From a virus (Duplodnaviria; Caudoviricetes): DNA of 48,583 nt. Under the pieces are notes generated by a model, which was given only the letters and a program-made list of their open reading frames with translations, was not told the origin of the DNA and did no database searches. The DNA is taken from positions 1 through 48,583 of IMG/VR virus record IMGVR_UViG_3300017785_007713. One strand, written 5' to 3'. The translations under genes and the position numbers were made by a program. Positions 29,101 to 36,585 of this stretch are shown here, piece by piece. How positions within the stretch are numbered: position 1 is the stretch's first letter; the number at the start of each line of letters is the position of its first letter.

Positions 29101-29798
29101 TCAAGAATAATTCTGTTGGAAATAATATTAAAAATCTTCAATCCAATACGGATAACATAGACTTTGATCACACATTCATTCCATCAGAAAGTGTTGTGAA
29201 TCAGATACAAGAAAAGTTCTACAATAGAACGACAAATAAATTACACAAGACTGCTGGTTCAACCAGTTCGTTCAAATTATTATCAAATTCAAATAGAGAA
29301 AATAATAAAAATAATTTTGTCAGTTCAAAATCATACATGGCAAAACAGACAAATGCCATGCCAGCACTTCGTTCTGGTGGGTTTGTCAAGACACCAACGG
29401 TTGCCTATCTACATGAAAATGAAGCAGTAGTCCCACTTGATAAGTCAAAGGAATTTTCAAAATTCATAACTGATATGAAATACTCCGACTCAAAGGCTGT
29501 TGAAAAAAATGAAATGAATTCGGATATTCGTGTAATTGATGATCAAAAAACATCAACAAGTAGTACAAAAGAAATACTAAAACAAATAACAAAACTTATA
29601 GAAACCACGAATAGCCGACAACCAGTACAACAAGTTGCCGCGCCAGCACCACAACCAATGGCAGCACCAGATCCAGCGAGTCCTGATATCTCCCAAGGTA
29701 CAAATAGCGTTGGTGCAGTATACAATGGTTCAGGATCGATATCAGATATGTTTGTAAAATCTTTCAGAGTTCCAGACTGGCGAACACGAATGGGATAA
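26118..29798 (+). CDS. Asn/Ser-rich low-complexity protein in the tape-measure (gp29) position
   Basis: 1226 aa, follows gp26/gp51. C-terminal PALRSGGFVKTPTVAYLHENEAVVPL motif resembles tape-measure C-termini. Confidence 0.55.
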   Translation: MEINQNQTPSDKSELKEKLKNIFLPLTGENTIQKLPINTEKYKVEKKEELTTEITPVKKHDSIREKTNGVDFKNFDFGLSDKLIQNSLNNYFINNTSILPSSDTVNNESKSFTNSVDRLLAEKLQNNSDYFSILGNTRNKNYRFNLVNSIKSNPIFNLTKSSSVGGYNYLSDSNTINQSDYIQNSTRSDVSNQENASTKNTTQNNLSRLVDSNDSSNTIKNSAVNTNSIVNSNSDSNESMSVKTDTRNSETVKSNVSSATVARPTNYSSNSTSKSNAESTNNTEEISKIDSNTAVNENNNTVSDIGFIKSDKIDINQSSPAISRSDNLQQMSNNVNYSSSTILPGYTDANSNLIDSTNIIKNTATNPNSISVENSTNNNDAISSKTQNTSNRQIDIISNNSKNADSNSIEKNTNISVNSANTAERAETKLVNLTESITESLTNNQNSTNISDANTNRTNAHQSNISNTTDQSQIQSKDISNVESQLFSNNNVNSTNSNSSSSKISDSVVNKTINSDIEKAISSANVDSLIKNDLFNPNSLSVDLTNNSTDSTNVLKNNSTNPNSLSVDFNETINRSQTDISPKNIEYVKSINENSLIGIDSTQNTNKISDNTENTIKQLNSVISAIENRIDDTSKNEIVENKNNKVETTNNTEREDYVSSRNNDISLSNTTINRTVNPNSLSVDLTNNSTDSTNVLKNNSTNPNSLSVDLTNNSTDSTNVLKRIDAISNIFDGNKKTSSNNIVNDKKVNIDIGMSSISLSERQSSPKSTINKNQTNIQKTQINSNITPSHENNSDKNLNEITDNSKKSSTNYKVDNKTIKIIPSKQKNAVNQNNNKASNVFVLMNNSRSSKNALAKAFTSKSNNIKNDNNNSLVLNENSNDTNQTDNLSKTLKFTYIDPNNIRNIETNYKSNPVSLASDVKVTNINQNKKQNTNNKLTSSPKTLSKVTIIDGNTIVGGNNVVDRNKISNAVSDKSIVNFSNLTSDFIDPSTIVSIKNNSVGNNIKNLQSNTDNIDFDHTFIPSESVVNQIQEKFYNRTTNKLHKTAGSTSSFKLLSNSNRENNKNNFVSSKSYMAKQTNAMPALRSGGFVKTPTVAYLHENEAVVPLDKSKEFSKFITDMKYSDSKAVEKNEMNSDIRVIDDQKTSTSSTKEILKQITKLIETTNSRQPVQQVAAPAPQPMAAPDPASPDISQGTNSVGAVYNGSGSISDMFVKSFRVPDWRTRMG
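27723..28276 (+). repeat. In-frame 75-bp (25-aa) direct repeats NPNSLSVDLTNNSTDSTNVLKNNST
   Basis: Full copies at 27723-27797 and 28146-28220; partial copies at 27798-27823 and 28221-28276; degenerate copy near 27180-27250. Confidence 0.9.
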
Positions 29799-29803
29799 TA
29801 ACG

Positions 29804-29834
29804 ACAAACCCCGCGAAAGCGGGGTTTGTTTTTT
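29804..29834. terminator. Intrinsic terminator between convergent genes
   Basis: ACAAACCCCGC-GAAA-GCGGGGTTTGT followed by a T run. Confidence 0.85.
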
Positions 29835-30724
29835 CAACTCTCCATCTCAAACAACTTCATCGGATCAATGTCTTCCGATTCATCCTCAACCTTTGGCTGT
29901 CGCTTCTGCTTACCAGGAGAAGACTTTTCCCTGAAATCTGACTCATCCATGTCCTCTGCGGTCTTACCACCAACTGGTGTAGTTCCACGAATATCTCCAC
30001 CCAGAACATCGTACAGACGCTTCTTGAGTTCATCATAGCTCTTGAAGCTATCTGGTGCGATGAACGCCTGTAGAGAATGCTGCTGCTTCCACAGAACTTC
30101 CAACTTCTTTTCATCACCAGCGAAAAGAGCCGATGTTGAATCAAACTCAGACTTATCGTAATTGGTGTATCCACCAATCTTACGAATCTTCAACTTGAAA
30201 TTGCAACCATTCCAAAAATCAAATGGATTGATTGCATCTTCATCCTTGAACTCTGGCTTCATCTTCTCTTGAATCTTGTCAAAAATCTTGGTTCCGTACT
30301 TGTACAGGAAAACCTTACCTTCATTCTGGGGATTCGCTTCATCCTTGATTACAAGGATGTTGCTAATGTAGGTGGTCTTGCGCTTACGCGAGCGCGCGAT
30401 ATTCTTATCTTCCTCAGAACCAGTGTTCCAGAGTTCGCTGTTGAGTTCACTTACTGGATCCTTCTGCTGAAGGGTAGTGAGAGAATTCTCAATATACCAT
30501 CCACCCATTCCCTGGAATGCGTGTGAATAGACCTTAACCCATGGGCAATCTTCGCCGTCGATCTCTGGAAGAAATCGAATTACAGCAAAACCATTGCCCT
30601 GCTTATCCTGCTCTGGTCGCCAAAAACGATCATCCTTATAATCCTTCTTGGTGCCATCCTCAAGCTTCTTCATCAGGTCGTTGATACTGTTCTTCGACCT
30701 ACTCTTAAGATCCTTAAAACTCAT
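29834..30724 (-). CDS. gp32: Single-stranded DNA-binding protein (T4 gp32)
   Basis: DDRFWRP..DKQGNGFAVIRFLP, HAFQG.GGWYIENSLTTL, NEGKVFLYKYG.KIFDKI, NYDKSEF; acidic tail. Confidence 0.97.
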   Translation of the reverse strand: MSFKDLKSRSKNSINDLMKKLEDGTKKDYKDDRFWRPEQDKQGNGFAVIRFLPEIDGEDCPWVKVYSHAFQGMGGWYIENSLTTLQQKDPVSELNSELWNTGSEEDKNIARSRKRKTTYISNILVIKDEANPQNEGKVFLYKYGTKIFDKIQEKMKPEFKDEDAINPFDFWNGCNFKLKIRKIGGYTNYDKSEFDSTSALFAGDEKKLEVLWKQQHSLQAFIAPDSFKSYDELKKRLYDVLGGDIRGTTPVGGKTAEDMDESDFREKSSPGKQKRQPKVEDESEDIDPMKLFEMES

Positions 30725-30809
30725 TTTTTTCTCCCCTGGGATCTACCCAGACCTTTTTTGCTAACGGGAACTCCCCGCTTTTGTATTTTACCAGAAGCAC
30801 TCTTCTTCG

Positions 30810-31037
30810 TCAAGCGAACGGAAGAGTGCTTCTTCCTTTTTTTATTAGATTCAAATCCCTGCCCTCCTGCTCCAGCTTTTCCTTAAGCGGCTGGGAAAGG
30901 AATTTTGCTATCAAGGAATAATCCAACCCATAATCTTCCTGCATTTTTAAAACAGCATCAAGATATGAATATTGCTTCTCAATTACTATATTTTCGACCT
31001 TTTTGCAGAAATCTTCTTTTGTTATGGTTGGTAGCAT
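30810..31037 (-). CDS. gp33: Late promoter transcription coactivator (T4 gp33)
   Basis: SYLDAVL...IAKFLSQPLKEKLEQEGRDLNLIK...LP; lies upstream of gp32. Confidence 0.85.
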   Translation of the reverse strand: MLPTITKEDFCKKVENIVIEKQYSYLDAVLKMQEDYGLDYSLIAKFLSQPLKEKLEQEGRDLNLIKKGRSTLPFA

Positions 31038-31084
31038 AGACTCAAATCACTTTTTCAACTTATATATAAAAATAAAGGATAAAC

Positions 31085-32362
31085 ATGGCAGACGATATTA
31101 CAAGTAATATTTCAATTACTACTAGCGATGGGACTGCTATCCTAGCGACCGATTATGGTACTAGTGGAACTGGCATAACAGCGGCACATGTTCAACTGGC
31201 AAAATTGGCATGGGGTACTGAGTCCATCACAAATAGAGTAAGTGAAGCATCACCTCTACCAATCTATTTATACGGTACAACTGGGTCTGCCTTACTCGGA
31301 ATTACTGGATTTGTAACTGGAACTGGTGGTGTATTTCCAATCAAGAATACAACCAATGGATTCATAGTAGTCGGTGGCCCAACTGCTGGCTTTACATTTG
31401 GTTACAATCCAGTTCAAGTCTCTGGTTATGTTCAAGGTGTTACGAACGGAACCTTGCTAGGTGTAACTGGTACGGTAAGACTAAATCAAAATCTCAGCGT
31501 TCAAGGTATAACAAACGGTGTTCTCGTCGGAGTTACTGGTGGAAGAATATTATCAAGTTCAACCGACAGTGTAACTGTCGTTGGAAATGTCGGTATATCT
31601 GGCGGATTGGCTCTCTCAGCCGCTTCCAACTCCATAGCTGTCTGGGGATCAGATCTTGGCTCAAAGGTCTTAACGAGGCTCTACGCGAGCGATGGAACCA
31701 CGCTAGGATACTCTGGTAATGCACTCAACGTCAATGTAGTTGGTGCGGGAATTACAGCTACAGTATCAATTAATCCAGTTATTGGTGTAACTAATGGTTA
31801 TGGGCTTCCGTTGAAGGTCTGCGGTAGCGGTGTCACAACAGACGCAGCAGTAATCATTCAAGGAAAGCTTTCTGGTGGAGCAGTTGAAATCGGCGCACTC
31901 AGTCCAGTTCCAGTTGGAATAACTGGAACAATAGACATTGATGATACTGGAATAATCGATTCTCTTGAATCCACAACAAAACCACTTATCTCAAATCTAA
32001 TAACAGTAAAGAATAATACTGCGGTTATTTCCACCATTAATGAAAAACTGAATAGTGGAATAGTCCAGTCAAAGGTTACTGAAATTGTTCGTCCAACTAA
32101 ACTGTCAAATGGTGTAAAGGATCTCACAACGACCGCTACGGTCATTGGGACCAGCACCGCACTCAAGGTGGGAGTACATCTCAAGGCACCTCTGACGAAC
32201 ACACAGACGGTTTATCTTGGATCCAATACACTCGTAACCACTCCAGCGGGAGGATTCCCACTAGAACCAGGTGAATCAATCTTCATTGAAATCGACAACT
32301 TGAATAAATTGTATGCTAGGTCAAATGCAACTGGGCAAAAGATAACATTCATAGCGTCATAA
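31085..32362 (+). CDS. Gly/Thr/Val-rich putative structural protein with GxTG repeats
   Basis: 425 aa; many GITG/GVTG/GVTNG motifs; AAGGA RBS upstream. Confidence 0.6.
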   Translation: MADDITSNISITTSDGTAILATDYGTSGTGITAAHVQLAKLAWGTESITNRVSEASPLPIYLYGTTGSALLGITGFVTGTGGVFPIKNTTNGFIVVGGPTAGFTFGYNPVQVSGYVQGVTNGTLLGVTGTVRLNQNLSVQGITNGVLVGVTGGRILSSSTDSVTVVGNVGISGGLALSAASNSIAVWGSDLGSKVLTRLYASDGTTLGYSGNALNVNVVGAGITATVSINPVIGVTNGYGLPLKVCGSGVTTDAAVIIQGKLSGGAVEIGALSPVPVGITGTIDIDDTGIIDSLESTTKPLISNLITVKNNTAVISTINEKLNSGIVQSKVTEIVRPTKLSNGVKDLTTTATVIGTSTALKVGVHLKAPLTNTQTVYLGSNTLVTTPAGGFPLEPGESIFIEIDNLNKLYARSNATGQKITFIAS

Positions 32363-32363
32363 A

Positions 32364-33425
32364 ATGGCATCAAGATCCTCATATAGTACAAGCAAAAGAT
32401 TTTCCAGGGGAGAAGATGCAGAACTTGTTCCCGCAAGGAGCAATGTTCTGTATGGAATTGAGACGAAGAAGGTAAATCAACAGAAGAATACTACCAAAAG
32501 AGAAATCAAAGTAGTTCCAAATATAACATTCTACACAAACTTCACGAAGATGTTCCTGGATTTTTCTGATTACATGAATAATCAGGATAGACTGGATGTT
32601 AAGAATTTCTTTGATCTGCTGCAAAGCGGATCACAGTTTAGTCTGTTGAATTCCATGTGGAATAATAAATCAATCGATCCAGCAACATATGATCTATCTG
32701 GTACATACACATTTAGAAAAATAGCAGATAATATCATATTTGCAGATGTTGTGTCGATTGAATCATACTCGACATCAATTGCAAGATATGACAAGGAGTA
32801 TTTTCTTGAACTTCCACTAGTCGAATTCACCACTGCAATAGACAAGGGAAAGTTGGAAGTGAAGAGTTATATTTTCAATCACCTTGGAAAGAACAGCAAG
32901 AACTCATTTTCATATCTCGGTGTTCATGTTGGGGATTATGTCCAATTGCAGACAAAGACAGAAAAGCACCAGGTTCTTGAGATAATGGGAGATAATGAAG
33001 GTAAGGAAACAATTGTTGTTTCTGGTGATCTTGGGGACAGTTCATACATCGGCAGTCCAACTTTAGTTACTGTTCATCAAAAGAATATCAACAAAATTCA
33101 ATTGAACTTTGATAATGAAAAAACTGGAAAGTGTGAGATATTCCAAGATGGTGTTTTAATTGAATGTATTGATAGCCACACCCTTCTCCAATCAAAACTA
33201 AGAGAAGACTCATTCAATAAGATAACCAGTGTTTTCAGCGAAGGTGAATTCTGCACTCAAGTTGTATCGGAAGCCACTCAGCAACTGAACGAACAGACCA
33301 TAGCAAATCTAACAACTCAACTGAATGCTGCAAGAATAGCACAGCCACAGACAACCAGATTGACGGCAATAAATTCATCACTGTTGTCCAGAACAAATCT
33401 CATAAACAATATATTCAACGCTTGA
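32364..33425 (+). CDS. Hypothetical protein
   Basis: 353-aa ORF starting 1 nt after the previous stop codon. Confidence 0.75.
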   Translation: MASRSSYSTSKRFSRGEDAELVPARSNVLYGIETKKVNQQKNTTKREIKVVPNITFYTNFTKMFLDFSDYMNNQDRLDVKNFFDLLQSGSQFSLLNSMWNNKSIDPATYDLSGTYTFRKIADNIIFADVVSIESYSTSIARYDKEYFLELPLVEFTTAIDKGKLEVKSYIFNHLGKNSKNSFSYLGVHVGDYVQLQTKTEKHQVLEIMGDNEGKETIVVSGDLGDSSYIGSPTLVTVHQKNINKIQLNFDNEKTGKCEIFQDGVLIECIDSHTLLQSKLREDSFNKITSVFSEGEFCTQVVSEATQQLNEQTIANLTTQLNAARIAQPQTTRLTAINSSLLSRTNLINNIFNA

Positions 33426-33633
33426 TTGTCTTCTTTGGCATAATCTCGAATGCAATAATGAGAAATTGCTTGAGTTTTTCCGCAATCACCTCGTCTTCAC
33501 ACGTGACGATCAATTCCACTGTACTGTTCGATACTCCATAATACTGAATCTTACATTCACGTATTTTTTCGATTTCTCGTTTTGGTTTTGCCCCAAAGGT
33601 GTCGTAATCGTAGCTGAAGTGGAGATCTATCAT
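33415..33633 (-). CDS. Hypothetical protein
   Basis: 72-aa ORF; late-promoter-like AATAAATA just upstream. Confidence 0.55.
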   Translation of the reverse strand: MIDLHFSYDYDTFGAKPKREIEKIRECKIQYYGVSNSTVELIVTCEDEVIAEKLKQFLIIAFEIMPKKTIKR

Positions 33634-33654
33634 GTAATTATTTATTAATTAAAT

Positions 33655-33686
33655 AAAAAACCCTGAATCCTTTCGGACCCAGGGTT
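33655..33686 (-). terminator. Intrinsic terminator
   Basis: Minus strand AACCCTGGGTCC-GAAA-GGATTCAGGGTT followed by TTTT. Confidence 0.8.
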
Positions 33687-33705
33687 CAAACATGGTAACA
33701 AACAC

Positions 33706-34062
33706 TCACTTACGCTTTGGAGCATCACGCCGAAGTGATTCAATCTCATTCCAAACTGAATCAAGACGGCTTTCAAACGAACGGTTGCAGTTTGCAACAT
33801 CTTCAAAAGCACTACGCTCTGTATCTTCAATACGCCGCCAAACATGATCTTCGAATCGATCACGTGCCTGGTCATCCTTAAGTTTATCTTCCTCTGACGG
33901 AATGGCAAGACCATTGAATACAGTAGTTGCAATTACAAACAGAAGAGTTGTAATTAGACCAAATCGAACTACTGCTTGATCCTTAGTCAGGAAAAACATG
34001 ACCACACTAAACAGAAAAATGGTAAACGATAAAATACTAAACAAAAGACTTACATTACGCAT
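33706..34062 (-). CDS. Small membrane protein (two predicted TM helices plus a charged tail)
   Basis: 118 aa; two hydrophobic stretches; AAGGAG RBS. Confidence 0.75.
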   Translation of the reverse strand: MRNVSLLFSILSFTIFLFSVVMFFLTKDQAVVRFGLITTLLFVIATTVFNGLAIPSEEDKLKDDQARDRFEDHVWRRIEDTERSAFEDVANCNRSFESRLDSVWNEIESLRRDAPKRK

Positions 34063-34077
34063 AATTTATCTCCTTAA

Positions 34078-34153
34078 CGCGGGTGACAGGAGTCGAACCT
34101 GTATAAGTCCAGTTACGGTACTACTGCTTAGAAGGCAGAGCCGATACACCCGC
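34078..34153 (-). tRNA. Non-canonical tRNA-Arg(UCU)-like gene with no D-arm at the normal position
   Basis: GCGGGTG/CACCCGC acceptor stem, CTGC-CTTCTAA-GCAG anticodon arm, ACAGG-TTCGACT-CCTGT T-arm. No encoded CCA. Confidence 0.7.
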
Positions 34154-34159
34154 TTATTT

Positions 34160-34501
34160 TTAGTCAAGCGTCAACTTGAGTTTGGAATCTCCAGAGGGCT
34201 GTACAAGCTTCTTGGACGGCACAGCAAGATTATTCACAATGGTTGTCATGTAATGATCCTTGAGATCATCGGTTGGGGTAGCCACAAACATGACATACTT
34301 GGAATCAATCGTAAGACCATCCTGGATCTTAGCATATGGAAGCCAACGACCAAACATGAGCCGACCATCGACTGGATTTGGAATCAGGATTGCTGCTTCC
34401 TTGATATTATACGAGATCTGGCCAGCATTGTCAACGATTGTCAGCTGACAAACGATTTCCTCACCAGTAGTTAGACGAACGATATTGATATTTTCACTCA
34501 T
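34160..34501 (-). CDS. Conserved T4-like small protein (probable Sm-like fold)
   Basis: NIVRLTTGEEIV...WLPYA...VMFVATP...L..HY pattern; AAAGG RBS. Confidence 0.7.
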   Translation of the reverse strand: MSENINIVRLTTGEEIVCQLTIVDNAGQISYNIKEAAILIPNPVDGRLMFGRWLPYAKIQDGLTIDSKYVMFVATPTDDLKDHYMTTIVNNLAVPSKKLVQPSGDSKLKLTLD

Positions 34502-34520
34502 AATTTATACCTTTCAATAA

Positions 34521-34662
34521 TAGGAATGGAAAGAGTCGAACTTTCCGATATTTGATGGTTCTTCCCCGTATGACGATCCTAAGTGACGAATTAGCGCATA
34601 ATAAGCGTAATACACGCCCGATAGTATGAAAGAGCTAAACCAAATATCAACCGATATTCCCA
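34521..34662 (-). ncRNA. ~142-nt tRNA-like structured RNA
   Basis: TGGGAAT/ATTCCTA acceptor-like stem, GGAAAG-TTCGACT-CTTTCC T-arm, and a long GATATTTG/CAAATATC helix enclosing ~85 nt. Intergenic. Confidence 0.65.
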
Positions 34663-34665
34663 CTT

Positions 34666-35007
34666 TTATTTATTTCGTTTCTTCTTACGCTTTTTCTTCT
34701 TTTCCACTGGCTTGACATCGTAATTGATCATTAGTATGGGAACTCCATGATCATATGTCAAGCCAAGACTTTCTGCAAATTTACCAGAAAGAATTTCATC
34801 GCCTAGACTTACATAAGGTCCACCTTCAAACTCAACAACCGATAAAACTGATGAACCTTCATTCTCATAACCTTCTCTCAGATATTTGGCTGGACCAAAC
34901 ACATAGAGAATTCTATTTGACTCGTCCTCAAAAAAACAACGAGTATCACCCATTGGGCTACGCATACCAAGAATCGGTTTGCATGTTTTGATGATTTCCT
35001 CTAACAT
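34666..35007 (-). CDS. Hypothetical protein with a Lys-rich tail
   Basis: Start reassigned to the ATG at 35007 (MLEEIIKTCKP...) because the track's longer version overlaps the tRNA. Confidence 0.65.
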   Translation of the reverse strand: MLEEIIKTCKPILGMRSPMGDTRCFFEDESNRILYVFGPAKYLREGYENEGSSVLSVVEFEGGPYVSLGDEILSGKFAESLGLTYDHGVPILMINYDVKPVEKKKKRKKKRNK

Positions 35008-35009
35008 AG

Positions 35010-35084
35010 TACGCCGTCTTGGATTCGAACCAAGTCTTACTCGATTATAAGTCGAGCTGAGATAACCAAGACCTCCCACGGCGC
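35010..35084 (-). tRNA. tRNA-Ile(UAU)
   Basis: GCGCCGT/ACGGCGT acceptor, GAGG/TCTC D-stem, CTCGA-CTTATAA-TCGAG anticodon arm, CTTGG-TTCGAAT-CCAAG T-arm. No encoded CCA. Confidence 0.88.
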
Positions 35085-35096
35085 GTTGATGTGTGA

Positions 35097-35125
35097 ATTA
35101 TATCACACATCTAGTTGTCTGTCAA
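35097..35125 (-). promoter_or_regulatory. Consensus sigma70 promoter for the tRNA-Ile unit, with the -10 embedded in a palindrome
   Basis: TTGACA-17 bp-TATAAT; GATGTGTGA-TATAAT-TCACACATC at 35088-35111. Confidence 0.85.
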
Positions 35126-35553
35126 GCACCATTCCACTTTTTCAGAATCCAACTTGATGAATTCTTTTTACTCTCTCCACCAACAGCAAATACAAAACTA
35201 ATGTTGTCGTCTGGAACATCCATCTCTGGAATATTTTCAGATGTCCTATCACCACCATTTGCAAAGATCAGATGCTCAGTTGGATAAAGTTTTCTAATCT
35301 TCTTGATGGCATCTCTTGCACTTCCATCAGAATCATCAAATCCAACGATTGTCTGATCGACTGGTTTCAGATTCACGACAATTTCATTTCTTTCCTCAAG
35401 TGGAAGAAATGCCTTGCCCTTCTTTCGAATCAACCATTCATCCGAATTCAAACCAACAACAAGCACATCACCAAGTTGTTTTGCTGAATTGAGATACGCA
35501 ATATGCCCACTATGCAGTGGATCAAATCCACCAGTAACTAAAACTACCTTCAT
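35122..35553 (-). CDS. Cytidylyltransferase-family nucleotidyltransferase (RfaE domain II/TagD-like)
   Basis: GGFDPLHSGH (HIGH motif), VVGLNSDEWL.RKKG, FANGGDR, KNSSS. Confidence 0.9.
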   Translation of the reverse strand: MKVVLVTGGFDPLHSGHIAYLNSAKQLGDVLVVGLNSDEWLIRKKGKAFLPLEERNEIVVNLKPVDQTIVGFDDSDGSARDAIKKIRKLYPTEHLIFANGGDRTSENIPEMDVPDDNISFVFAVGGESKKNSSSWILKKWNGA

Positions 35554-35786
35554 GCATTCTCCTTTAGTCGAATCTTCGACTTCTTGTTATTTACGTGACC
35601 ATTTTCATTCTTCATCATGTAATTTGACTTTTGACGATCATCATCATGGCCTAGACGATAATTGATTTCTTCGACCGAGTTGTTGTTCAATCCACTCATG
35701 TATTGAATGATCATATTCGAAATCTGAATAGATTCCTGTTCAGTGAACGGAAGTGGAATATCGATATGCAGACGATACTGGCTCAT
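35550..35786 (-). CDS. Hypothetical protein
   Basis: 78 aa; ATGA overlaps with both neighbours. Confidence 0.65.
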   Translation of the reverse strand: MSQYRLHIDIPLPFTEQESIQISNMIIQYMSGLNNNSVEEINYRLGHDDDRQKSNYMMKNENGHVNNKKSKIRLKENA

Positions 35787-36148
35787 AGTTTCTTGAATCC
35801 TTCGTTGTCAGTATAATAGATCTTATCAAATACTTCAACACACCAACCACTGCAAACCTCGCATGGACGAGACATTCGGAGTTCACCATCGACATTCATT
35901 CGAACATTGACGAGAGTCAACTTCTTGTCTCGAAGATGACGTGGAATTTTTCGATATGCATCAAGTTCGGAATGCATTTCACTATAAAGATATCCAAGTT
36001 TATGTGCCTTTGGATGAGTCTTGAAATAATTTCTTCCGATTGAGACAATTCGATTCTTATGCAGAATCATCGATACATGCTTCTTCTGTCTGGGAATTTC
36101 CATGCACAGAGGATAGGAGAGAATCTTGATTTCTTCAAAATCTACCAT
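35783..36148 (-). CDS. Zn-dependent cytidine/dCMP-deaminase-like protein
   Basis: HSE...SRPCEVC motifs. Start moved to the ATG at 36148 because the track's start lies inside a terminator. Confidence 0.75.
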   Translation of the reverse strand: MVDFEEIKILSYPLCMEIPRQKKHVSMILHKNRIVSIGRNYFKTHPKAHKLGYLYSEMHSELDAYRKIPRHLRDKKLTLVNVRMNVDGELRMSRPCEVCSGWCVEVFDKIYYTDNEGFKKL

Positions 36149-36149
36149 A

Positions 36150-36181
36150 AAAAAGAAAGAGGTGAACTTAATCACCTCTCC
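36150..36181 (-). terminator. Intrinsic terminator
   Basis: AGAGGTGA-TTAAGT-TCACCTCT followed by TTCTTTTT on the minus strand. Confidence 0.7.
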
Positions 36182-36200
36182 CCATGAACACCATCACAAT

Positions 36201-36476
36201 TCAGCGGCTATCGCTAGACGCGCACATCGACTCAATGCAGAACTTCTGCTTGCTACCACCGCTGTTACGCATGAAGTAACGAGTTCCACCGTTGCGAGTC
36301 TCCTCAGTATCAATCTCCCAATTACCATAACGCTCGACAAGAGTGCGAATATCACTCATCATTGCACGAATGTTCTTGACACCAAAACGGGAACGAGCCT
36401 CAGCAGCAGTGATTCCACGACCAGCAGCAAGATAATTCAGAACGCGACGCTTCTTCGAAACAATAGTATTAGCCAT
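36201..36476 (-). CDS. Small helix-turn-helix DNA-binding protein
   Basis: RVLNYLAAGRGITAAEARSRFGVKNIRAMMSDIR...RY; GGAG RBS. Confidence 0.75.
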   Translation of the reverse strand: MANTIVSKKRRVLNYLAAGRGITAAEARSRFGVKNIRAMMSDIRTLVERYGNWEIDTEETRNGGTRYFMRNSGGSKQKFCIESMCASSDSR

Positions 36477-36585
36477 AATAAAATCTCCATTGACTCTAAG
36501 TTTTGATCATTGCAGCGAGTCTTATGCAATGACGAACATTTTATATTTTTTAGACTCTAGATTAAAATATAATAAGTTAATCTAA

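Noticed and set aside
27125-29725. Hydrophobic minus-strand ORFs opposite the Asn/Ser-rich gene
   Set aside because: These are the antisense readout of low-complexity, repeated codons.
34521-34662. tmRNA gene
   Set aside because: About 142 nt is far below tmRNA size, and no convincing tag reading frame or pseudoknot series is present.
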